Source of the DNA: Antedon mediterranea | Taxonomy: Eukaryota; Animalia; Echinodermata | DNA: 64,000 nucleotides | Assembly (NCBI RefSeq): GCF_964355755.1 | Contig: NC_092670.1 | Location: 14,060,795 to 14,124,794, forward strand | Direction of reading: 5' to 3' | Shown: one piece after another, positions 37,701 through 48,190 of the stretch | How positions within the stretch are numbered: the stretch's first letter is position 1 | Layout of the letters: each line of letters opens with the position of its first letter | The notes under the pieces: generated by a model | Told to the model about the DNA's origin: nothing | Database searches by the model: none | The model's input: only the letters and a program-made list of their open reading frames with translations | Program-made: the position numbers and the translations under genes

Positions 37701-40700
37701 AACAATTCCCTTTTCAAATAATAGACAGTATCAAGTTTAATGTGCCATGTATGTACATTGGACCAACAGCTTTACATCCCATTCAATGGGAGTTGAGTAT
37801 CATTGCCTAGGGTTACAATGCAAGAAATATGTCACAGATAAATATTTAACCCATGTCTTTGACATGCCATAGTAGTAAGATCCGTTACCAGTATGCCACT
37901 AAATAATATACTGATGCAACAACATAAAAAGTGTCATTTTTGTCCTGACGAATATTGTATTGTCAGAGCTGGTATTAAACTGTCAGAGCCGGTATTAAAC
38001 TAAAAAAAAGAATTGAAAAAAAAACTTAATTGTAAATGTGCCATAATTATTTCTCTATCACTATATTTATGGTTAATTATCTTCCACTTTTTTTTCTAGT
38101 GTTACAGCCAATAACTATACGTTTGATGAAGCTGGTGATAGCCCTACTAGAATCTGGTGATATAGAGACACAAAAGGCAGCCTCGCTTGCTCTGAACAAC
38201 CTTGCTGTGCATGGCCCAGGTAAAGATTCTTGACTACTCATTCCTTCCTCAACAGGAGCATGAAAAAAGATCAAATGTGTTCAGGAAGTGAAGAAGGCGA
38301 TGTTATTAAAGAAGCATTAATTATACCATCAATTCAACTGGATCACACAAGCGAAAAATGTCATGTACCTATTAGTGAACCTTTCGAACCTCATCCGAGG
38401 ATTCTTCATCAGCACTAACTAGTCAGGCTGTCAGACAGTTTAGTGTGTATTCAGTAACATGACTGAGATGTAATGGGAAAGTCACATGATTCAATTCAAA
38501 TTTCTTGTACTGTAGGTCTTGGGTAAGATGTGTCGCCCGAAGTCATTGGTTAGATCCGGAGAGGGCATCCTTCACTCCTCTAGAAGAAGCCTTTTTTAAA
38601 GAACCATCATATTTTCTATTGAAATTTGTGAATGTTAACTTTTTGCTTCTAAAAATACATATGTTATAAATAATGTGAGCTACATTATTCTTTACAATAA
38701 ATCTTGCAGATAGACAAAATGACTATGTGAGTCAGTGTACAGTAGACAGGCACCACAAACTTCTCCACACCGTGACATGTTTAGTTTTCTTGTGTAGGCT
38801 ATAGCCTTTTATTGTGTGATACATGATGCATGTGCTGTCAATGACAGCGTCATTGTTATCAACTACTTTTAAAATAATATTGATATGCCGTGACAGTTTT
38901 CGTAGATTCTCATGAATAAACATTGACAAGACATCCGAAAGTGGTAATGGAAATTCTCGATTTATAGGCTGTATATTTTCATATTAATAACCTTCAGCAG
39001 TCATGCTCGGCAGTGAGTCGTTTATATTATTCATTAGTGTCTGTAATATAACATAATGTCTGTGCATGCGATTAAATTGTACATTATTGTTATATTACCT
39101 ACAGTATGTATATTATGAAAAGCAAAAATCGTGGCCAGTTGGTCAACAATCATTTGACAATAAGTGGATTTCACCATCAGACATGGTATTTAAAACTCAC
39201 TATATATTTCATTCAATGTTCAATGTTATTCACCAAGCTACAGTTCCACTTTTAATCTGTTGCTATACAATACAATACAAATCTTTCTTTATTCTGGAAT
39301 AGCTCTTTCAATACACAAGTACTGGTCTCCCAAGAGGCCAAGATTTGAAAAAAAATACAAGAAAAATAAAAGCTTATGTACAATAGAAATTATACAAGAT
39401 TTTTAAATTCAACTTGACTAAGTGTCTCATAATTTTTACGGATATGTACAGGAAGATTAATTAAACATTCTCTTTCCATGAATATTGTTCCATGCTGGAA
39501 CATTTAGAGTTTTGGTTGATTGACTTCTTATATTTTTTGTGTGAAAAGTGTCCATAAATTTGAATGGATTTGTTAAATAAGATGATTTGAATCTCGCGTA
39601 CATTGCATAATATACTATTGTTGCGTTTTACATCTTAAATAAGAACCGTTATAAAAAATAATAATGTAGATCACGATATATATTAAAGCAACTAAACTGT
39701 TTTATTTTGTGCGTGTGTTGCGTTTTACATCCTAGGATGCGTTCAAGCAACACTCCATGCTAATTAATAAACATGTAGTTGGTAACCGATAACCACACAT
39801 AGCTTTATGTAGTACTACTAACTTGCGTTTGAGAAACAAATCACAGATTTTACAATTGGGTATTTTTAATTAAGTATCCCATAATTCCATTTGTTATTCA
39901 CATACATTTTTGTTAAATAATATTTAATAATGTAGCTCACGGTATTCATAACATTAAAACGGCTGACTAGGCCATTTCAGGTTTTAAAAGTTCATTCCCT
40001 TAATTTTCAATATGCACATAACCTTTTAAGAAATGTCTTTGAACATATCCTACAGCATACCTGTAAATGTAGTGCATGTTTGTTTAATAGTGTTTCTAAA
40101 ATATGCAACATTTTTTTAAACATAAATCTTCAATCAACTGCCAATTAGCGATAATGAGAGTTTAGTTAGGCCTAATAGACCCCAAGGGAGTTGTTGGTTT
40201 GATTAATATTATAATGCACTTTATCCAGCTATTGAAATGGATTTTGTACTCTGCACAAGAAAAGTACAATTACTGTACCAATTAACAAAAATCTTAATAC
40301 CTCTTGCATGAATTTTGTGAGCGAACATATTAGCTTTTAAAAATGTATTTGTTTTTATATTTTTTTAATTATTTTTTGAGGGTACAAAAAGAAAGCATGT
40401 TAAAAAAAAACAAATTATGAAAAACAATCAACCATATTAATTAATATAAATGTTTGAATGGTTCTAGTGTTTTTTTAAAGAATTTACTGTGTAACTTTTC
40501 TTATTCCAGATTGTAATAAGGACATTATCATAAAAAGCGGTGGACTACGTGTTTTAATCCGATTGCTGCGCTCTTCCAGCCTGGAGGTGAAATGCAACGT
40601 ATGTGGCTGTATAACATCACTGGCTACCTCAGGTAAGCAACCCATGTGCACATTTTAAATTAATCTCATGAATAATATGCTGCGATGCGTCTGTTAATTG

Positions 40701-43700
40701 GGAGCCTTCGATTTTCAACGACCTAACTAGGTCAGGTCAATAGATGTCATTGGTCGTTGACTGGACCTAAACCAGCAAAACTGTGTCGAGGCGTGGAGTG
40801 AGAAATCACGTCCCAATATCCCTGAAAGCGCACAAACAATTGACATCACATACAATAGTTTGGTTGTCGGTCGTCGCAAAATTGTTACCGTTACTTTTTA
40901 AGAATAAATTATACAATTTCTTTGCAGTTATTAACCCACCCTGAGATATTGTATAATCCCACCTCTAGTCAAAATTTTCCACCAAATTTACAGTAGTTGG
41001 CAATTTTGCCTTTTTCGATACACAAAATTTGCCATACTAATGTCCATATCCAAATGCATATATTTTTATAAAATTCACTTTCAAAGTCACACTTTCTATT
41101 ACAGTCCAGAGCACATACATAAAAGATACCTTCAACAGTTAAAAATAAACACAATTCATGTCTGTGGCACAAAAAAGAATCGAGTGAGTGAATGTCATGA
41201 TTGAGTTGAGTTCAATACTCCTTTCAAGGTCGTATACATGTTATGTAACATTTAAAATTTAAATAACATTTGATATAAATTACTATTAATATTAATTATT
41301 ATTTGTTTGTTTTTGTTTTATTTATTTATTCAACTTTATTTCATTAGTATCTACAATACAGCAGTACAGCTGACTCGAAGAGGCCCTCTACAGAAAATAA
41401 CTCAAAATACCTCAAAACATCAAATTCATAAATTGTTCATAGAAATTTAAATTTATGACTGTAGCACATATAAAATATATAAATTGTACCATTTTTAGTG
41501 GGTTTTTTCCAACTAAAATATACTTTCAATACAATACAGTGTTCTGCACTTTTTTACAAGAAGTAAACAAATAGAAATTAATACATTAAAAATGATAAGA
41601 AAAGGAGTTCAAAGGTGATGTAATTCCAAACAACTTTTAGAAAGTATTCTTCCATATTTACATAGAGAAAGAACAGAATATGAAATGTCGGTCATCACTA
41701 TAGATCATTTAAAATTTATTCTACTGCAGTTACTGCAGTAATTATATTTTGTTTACTTATTATACTGATAAATGGTAATATTTAGCAAGCTATTCATACA
41801 CTAGGCTGTTTATTACAATGAATTTCTAATAAATTTCTACTAGTACTAGGGAGTTGTAATTACTGCAGTAATGAATAATCACATGATCCCTAAGATTTAT
41901 TATACATGCTTAAATACATTAACATGTGTTGTACAGGGAACCTCATAAATTCATTTTACATATACTATTCTAAATCTGTAATGCATTTATTGACTTTACC
42001 TGCTAAAGCTTGGTTCCCACTAGAACGTAACGCAAAGACGTAAATGCAACGCAAGCGTGTTAACCAATGACAAGCGAAGTTATAGACGGTTAGCAATCAC
42101 AAGCGAATAAGCCATCGCTTGTGATTGGTCAATTCACTTGCATTCTGTTACGTTGCAAGTGGGAACCACGCTTAACACAGAATACCAGTTACTGACTTTA
42201 TCAACAAATTAAGTAAAGTGTAACTAAACTAATATGACACACCCCTGCAACACAGCCTATATCCTGTAGCATTAATTTCTAGTATTCTACAAAAACAATT
42301 AAATCTACCAATACATATAATTTTGTTTTCAGACCTCAACAAACGTGAGATAGTTGTGAAAGGTGGCATTAAACCTCTGTTGACATTAGCAAAATCGCAA
42401 GACATTCGTGTTCGTCGAAATGCTGCTGGGGCACTCCTCAATCTGACCCACATTGGTATGTACTAAAAACGAAGAGTGTAGAATCAGTGGCTGAACGTAA
42501 CCAAAATGTCCTATATTTTGCATTGCACTGTTCGATATTGGCCAACTGCACACACACCCACTTCCAAACCTTGGATCCGCCTATGGGAATTAGAGTGTGA
42601 TCTTTTGATCAAAAGTAAAATTTCAACTTATGCCTAATTCAATTACATCATTACTAGCATGTGAAAGCATTTTAACTTGATAAGATTATTTTGGGAGATA
42701 TCCTTAATAACATTGTTAGATTTTGTTAGACATTTGTGTTTGTGAATCCACTATTAATAGTGGTCTGTGTGGTTAACATACTTGTTTTCTCAGAATCCAA
42801 GGTTCAATCATTTGCTCAACCAAAGATTTTTTTGTTATGAAATAAGTAAAAATACAGCTCTACAGTATCTACACTATCAAACTTGCTGTGACAAAAAAAT
42901 GTGATGTGCCCATAAAGCACTGTCTACACTATCAAACTAGTTTGACAAAAAAAGTGTGATGTACCCAAATATGGTAGTGATACTGTACAGTATGCTCAAA
43001 TATGGTAGTGATACAGGCCCGTATGCAGCATTTATAATGGGGGGGTGCGAGCGAAGCGAGCAACAATGGCTGGGGGCCAGGGGGCCGCCAAGGGCCCCCG
43101 GTCAGGGTCCAGGGGCCGAAGGCCCTGGAAAAATTTGCGTTATTTGACGTTCTAAAGACTGATGTAAGACTCTCTGTTGTGGCTTGGGCTAGTTGAACGA
43201 TGGACACCAGAACTTAACGCTTTCATGATGAGGCCAACTCAGCAGGGGTGGCGCCAGGATCTTCCCGACGCGGGGGCTACATTCCCCGACGAGGGGGCTA
43301 TGCGAGCGAAGCGAGCATCACTAGGCTGAGGGCCAGGGGCCGCCAAGGGCCCCTGGTGGGAGTCCAGGGGGCGAAGCCCCCGGAAGCAACGCATTCTAGC
43401 GTCATTTGAGGTCTTTTTAATCAGATTTAGGGTAGCCATTTTTTCCATTTTTTATAATGCATAAATAAAATACTGCGTGCAAAAAAACGATGCGCGATGA
43501 CGGTTTCAATCCATATTTTTCAATTTAAAAAATAAAAGTTCAAAGAAAATTTTGAAAAATAGAGTTGGAGGTCCCGGAAATTGGACTTATTATACTTCAA
43601 AACATGAAAAAAAATATATAAGTCCCTATCATGGGTTGTGACTGAGCTAAGAAATGTTTGAAAAATAGAGATGTTAGGTCCCGGAAAATGTACTTCTTGT

Positions 43701-46700
43701 TCTTCGAAATATGACCAGCTTTATTGTTGGGGCTGAGCTAAGAAAATGTTTAAAACTAGAGCTGCAGGTCTTCAAAAAATTGCATTTTATACTTTGGAAA
43801 CATCAGGCCTAGAGGCTTAAAAAACGCAAGCGTAGACCTTTTTCAGTTGGGGAAAAAAGTTTATTCCTCCCAGGTGTATGCATGCGTACCATCTGGACTT
43901 CCCCGAGTGATGAGAAATTCATGACATACAGGATATTGAAAATGTAATAACTATAGCTATAATGTTGGCTAAGCGAAAATGGCATGTTTTTTTGTTTAGT
44001 AATGGATGAAAAATTTATTTTAGGTGCCCCACGGTACAGAAGGTTATAAATTAAAAAATTGGTGAACAAACGAACAATTAACATAATTCGTTTTTGCTGT
44101 AGTGTAGCGTACGTCGACGCAGTACACGACGTAACCGTCGGTAAACTTCGCCTGGAAAATAACACATTACACATTTTGGTCCCTGGATGAAACTTGATAT
44201 CACGCGTCTCGACCCAACGTTGAACGATTCGTACAAAGGGATACCGCCAGACAAGTGCGTACCTAGCTATTGTTTAGTAGTAAGTTAGATCGCTGGCAAT
44301 AATGAATGCATATAAAGTGCATAATATCACTCTGACGTACTCTCACGGTCAATGAAACGTCGCGGTTTTCTAGGCGCTGAAGCTAGCTACGAAGTGAACG
44401 CGAAAGTTTTTTACTGTATATTATATTCCCCGACAAAAAGTACACGTGTTCCCTGACGTTAAGTTGTCTGTATTTCTCCAGCAAACACTTTACCGCGTAC
44501 CGCGTACATGAAGCGCTAAGCTATTGCTTGTCGTCACATGATCGACTGCGCATGTTTTACATCGAGTTTGTAGTCAGTTCAGATTCCGTAATTTAATTAC
44601 CGGTATTTTTTCATTTTATATTAGCATATTTTTGTTTGTATACCATTGATAATGTAAATTTTGTATATATATAATGATATTGTCAAAAAATACCAACCGA
44701 GGAAATAGTGGACCTTTTGGGACTTGGGAGGGTGCGTCTGCACCCAACGCACCCCCCCTGGATACGGGCCTGTGATATGACATCATCATGTCCATATATG
44801 GACACATCTCAATTTTGTGTCACATAAAGTTTGATGGTGTAGACAGAGCTTTATATGGACACGATGACATCATATCACTACCATATTTAAGCATATCAGT
44901 ACCATATTTGGGCTTTCACTACCATATTAGGCACATCACATTTTTTGTCACATTATGTTTGATAGTGTAGACAGAGCTTAATAGATGTTCTTCTCTAAAA
45001 TAATCACATGTTGAATTGGTATTTTGCAGATGCTAATAGACAAGCACTGGTGTCAGATGGCGCTATACCTGTGTTTGTGTCCTTGCTCAGTTCTGAGGAT
45101 ACTGATGTACAATATTACAGTTCTGCTGCCCTCAGTAATCTAGCAGTCGATGAATCTCATCGTAAACATGTCAGCAAAGAAGGAAACCACAGAGTGTTAC
45201 GCTCTCTTATTTTTCTTCTTGACTCACCGATTGATAAGGTTTGATTTTTTGTTATCATTCAGAATAGTATTAGAGTATATCAAAACATGCAAACTTGCAT
45301 AAATAGAATAAATCATGAATATATGTATACTAACAAAATTGTCTTATAATTGTGTTTTTTCTTAAAGGTCAAATGTCAAGCCTGCTTTGCTTTACGGAAT
45401 TTGGCCTCAGATGGTATGTATATTATAAATTAATAATGTTCATCTCATATAGTGTTTATTGCACAATGCTTCTTAAAGCGCTTCACATTATTACCCCGGT
45501 CATTTTGTTGGATCAAACACGTATGAAAAAGTACTCCCACATTGCAGCTAGTCAGTGCAAAGTTGTGTCTTCATCTAACCGGGTACCCATTTATAAACCT
45601 GGGTGTATTATACATAATACTTGTTATTTGGTAGCTTAATTTCATTATCTTTTTCAACACTGTGCGAATAACTGTCCTATGACTGATTTTTGTTTTATTT
45701 TTCAGAATCTAATCAAGTAGCCATTGTAGATTTAGGATCACTTCCTCCATTACTAAGGATTATCAAGACCAGCAAAAAGGACACTTTGTCTGCTGCCGTA
45801 GCAGCTGTTCGTAACCTTTCAATACACAGACAGAATGAGGTACAAAATTAATCCTTTAAATGTAACTTTGTTTGTAAAATAATTCTTTACAGAACCGTTC
45901 AATTTTCTTATGGGGTGATTTTGTCTTTCTTGTCTGTGATTGTTTACAAAGTTCAAACAAATGTAATTTTTTTTTCTACATACAGACACCAATTGTACAA
46001 GAAGGATTTTTACCGGAACTTTGTAGGTTGCTATATGAGCCTATGATATGGGAAGTGCACTGCCACGCTGCTGGTACATTAAGGAATTTAGCTGCAGGAG
46101 ATCATGTAACGGTAATTGGTGTTTTAAAATCCTTTGTCCTCTAAAAAGCATACATTGTGTCTTTGCCCAAAACTGTGTCAAATTGAGCAATGTCAATCCA
46201 TGCACATAGTGTGACATGATGTAAGTTGTTTGTACTGTAGATCATCACAAATCAAAAGCTACCTACTAACTGTTAATGTTTTTCAATCACACTAAAGTTT
46301 TTAATGCCTCCTCTTCACAGACAATCTTAAGCTCTGGTGGTTTGGAGAGTTTAGTAAGTACCTTTATGGAGAGTACCTCACCGGCGTCAGTTCAGACTGA
46401 AGTGACAGCGGCTCTTGCTGTCATGTCAAGTGATGGTAGGTGTATTATTCAATTCAATTTATTATATTATTTGCATAAAATAAATAGAAAAGTTGTGTTT
46501 CTCTGTGACTACAGAAAATAAAATACAAAAATAGTACAAATACCATGCCACACATCATTCTTTAACATTAAGTGCTGTAATGGCAGATTGGTAATATTAC
46601 GGAATTTATTTGCACAAGAGGTGATGGACTGGAACTATCTGCCGCTCCTAAGAACTTTAAAAATATATTGCATGGGATGAGTTGGGTCTTGTAAAGTTGA

Positions 46701-47871
46701 ATAAGTTTTCTTATTCTCTTATCAACAATAGTTTTGATTGAGCTCTGCTCAATTCAACTGACATGTGAAGCATAATTGACAATATGTTGGAGTTCAAATT
46801 ATTATATAACAAGAGGCCTAAAAGTGTTTGATTTTACAAATAAACAGAAATCAACTTCCATTTTCCTTTTTCTTCAGATGATGCCAAGCAAAAGTTATTA
46901 GAAAGTCATTCCGGGCGCTTCTTTAGTCGACTTGTTAACTTAGCTGTCAGTTCACCACACTCTGAAGTGCAATACAACAGCGCGGGCATTATCGGGCAAG
47001 TAGCGCTGCTAAGTAAGTATATTATTAAGTTGTCAAAAGTTTTTAAAAAAATAGAAGATATTTTTATTGTTTCTTTTTCATGATGCTAAAAGTATTAAAT
47101 TTGTTTGTGAAACACAGTAAAAAACACACGCTACCGATTATTATATACCTCCTTGGTGGAGGTAAAACATACACTACAAAAGGATTTCTCTTAAGTGGTA
47201 TTCACTTCGATAGAAATGTTTGACAAAATACAACTATATAAAATGTAAAATAAGAGAATTGCTCTTCATCTGTGCAAACTCCAAATTCATCATTGTTGGT
47301 TTTTGGTGATGTTTATTATAACATCTTAAGCTCTGTCTACACTATCAAACTTTATGTGACCAAAAAATGTGATGTGCCCATATATGGACATGATGATGTC
47401 ATATCACATATTATTTTCTTACTGTATTTTACTTCAATTGACACATTTATTCTCTTCAGCTATTCCGTCAGAACTTCTGAAAAATAATGTTGTTGGAATT
47501 CTCAAGTATTTGGAAAAGTTTCTTCGCAGCAAAGATACAAACTTCATCCACATTGCTCTATGGACTTGCGTTCAGTTATTGAAAGGTAAGTATTGAAATG
47601 TAAGGTTCCGGGTTTCAGTATCCTGGGAGTCTTGTTTCAGGCTGGATGTAGACATAAGACTTTAAAATGGATGATTGTCCTTGTCAGAGAAAAAAAAACA
47701 TATTGATATTTTAAACTTTCTAATAATTATTTTCATTTTGCAGATGAATCATTTCTGATGTCCTTCCGTGAAAGTAACATACCAGCCCAAGTTAAAACAC
47801 TGCAAATGATATCATCACTTCCTCTGCACATTAAGGAGCTTGCAGGCACTGTGCTGGAAGAGCATTGTTGA
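25789..47871 (+). CDS. Vacuolar protein 8 (Vac8)-like armadillo-repeat protein, about 551 aa, 13 coding exons
   Basis: Exons 25789-25936, 37367-37489, 38100-38219, 40510-40632, 42333-42455, 45030-45238, 45368-45413, 45706-45839, 45986-46111, 46321-46435, 46878-47012, 47460-47585, 47744-47871; all GT-AG, phases consistent, 1656 nt. Colinear with fungal Vac8: N-terminal Cys cluster, [118 protein letters not shown]. Confidence 0.92.
26615..26697 (-). mobile_element. tRNA-Gly(TCC)-like SINE head fragment
   Basis: Minus strand reads GGCGCTATGGCTTGGTGGTTAACATGCTTGCCTTCCAATTCC...GGTTCAATCCTGACC: A box, anticodon-arm-like TTGCCTTCCAA and B box, but no intact cloverleaf. Confidence 0.6.
27456..30516 (+). 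mobile_element. Outer non-autonomous Helentron/DINE-1-like rolling-circle element
   Basis: 5' hairpin AGGTTATATGCAT-TATC-ATGCATATAACT; matching 3' subterminal repeat ATGCATATAACCTA near 30472; stem-loop AATTCGTCA-TAG-TGACGAATT; terminal CTAGT at 30512-30516. Confidence 0.75.
27511..29095 (+). mobile_element. Inner non-autonomous Helentron/DINE-1-like element nested in a related element
   Basis: 5' hairpin AGTTATCCGC-ATTGA-GCGGATAACT; 3' subterminal repeat TGCGGATAACTAA at 29053; stem-loop ACTCGTCA-AAG-TGACGAGT; terminal CTAGT at 29091-29095; inserted in a T-rich tract. Confidence 0.8.
31141..31173. mobile_element. 33-bp head-to-head TIR remnant with 7-bp target duplication (P-superfamily-like)
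   Basis: GTAGCAC | CAGGGAAGAGTTAAAT A ATTTAACTCTTCCCTG | GTAGCAC. Confidence 0.8.
32359..32538. mobile_element. MITE with TIR AGCTTGGTTCCCAC (second copy at 42007-42172)
   Basis: AGCTTGGTTCCCACTAG...CTAGTGGGAACCACGCT, flanked by TAA and TTA; nearly identical to the copy at 42007. Confidence 0.85.
32808..33968 (-). mobile_element. Non-autonomous canonical Helitron
   Basis: Minus strand begins A|TCTATATATAAA at 33968 and ends CTAG|T at 32808, with the GC-rich hairpin GGTACGC-GAGCGAAGCGA-GCGTACC just inside the 3' end; no target duplication; no Rep/helicase ORF. Confidence 0.8.
35124..35471. mobile_element. Kolobok-like non-autonomous element with TTAA target duplication
   Basis: TTAA|AGATGTATTGTCCCC...GGGGACAATACATCT|TTAA. 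It sits at the end of the first unit of a ~165-bp local duplication whose second unit keeps a single TTAA (GCCATTTAAC near 35660). Confidence 0.88.
36695..36913. mobile_element. PIF/Harbinger-like MITE (degenerate second copy about 41701-41890)
   Basis: TTA|GGGCCATTTCAAAATTATTCTACTGCA...TGCAGTAGAATAATTTTAAACGATCCC|TTA. Confidence 0.75.
38312..38590 (-). mobile_element. 3' relic of a Penelope-like retroelement (GIY-YIG C-terminus plus pLTR)
   Basis: Minus-strand translation gives RGVKDAL, then in another frame [16 protein letters not shown], then KKFELNHVT; this resembles the Penelope/Poseidon end RGVKEAI...PxLNRDxGRHxLPxxY. A hammerhead motif follows. Confidence 0.7.
38372..38418 (-). ncRNA. 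Minimal type I hammerhead ribozyme motif
   Basis: Minus strand: UUAGUG CUGAUGA A GAAUCCUC-GGAU-GAGGUUC GAAA GG UU CACUAA, giving a 6-bp stem I, conserved core, 7-bp stem II with one bulge and a minimal stem III. Confidence 0.72.
42007..42172. mobile_element. MITE with TIR AGCTTGGTTCCCAC
   Basis: TAA|AGCTTGGTTCCCAC...GTGGGAACCACGCT|TAA; homologous to 32359-32538. Confidence 0.85.
42856..44978. mobile_element. Nested cluster: AGCWCTGTCTACAC MITE containing a second copy of the same family (42916-44850)
   Basis: Outer copy is split as GTGCCCA-TA | inner copy | TA-TATGGAC; both copies end GTGTAGACAGAGCT. Confidence 0.8.
43014..44772. mobile_element. 1759-bp non-autonomous DNA transposon, 11-bp TIR, 5-bp target duplication
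   Basis: TGATA|CAGGCCCGTAT...ATACGGGCCTG|TGATA; GC-rich ends; no transposase ORF. A second CAGGGG-type end starts at 43243 with no visible partner. Confidence 0.88.
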
Positions 47872-47916
47872 TGTGTTGTTTTAGGCTAGAAATGGTAGGC
47901 CTAGGCACAGAATTCT

Positions 47917-48190
47917 AGCCGACAGGACAACGGTCTACCATAGCCAACAGGACAGGAGTCTACCATAGTCAACAGGACAGGAGTCTACCATAGCCAACGG
48001 GACAGGATTCTACCATTAGCCAACAGGTTAGGAGTCTACCATAGCCAACAGGATGGGAGTGTACCATACCCAACATGACGGGAGTCTACTGTAGCTAACA
48101 GGACAAAGATCTATTATAGCCAACAGAACATGAGTCAAGCATAGCCAACAGCAACAGGACAGGAGTCTACTATAGCCGTCCGGACAGTCT
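47917..48190 (+). repeat. 25-bp minisatellite (CTACCATAGCCAACAGGACAGGAGT), about 10 copies, just after the Vac8-like stop codon
   Basis: CTACCA recurs at 47935, 47960, 47985, 48010 and onward. Confidence 0.92.
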
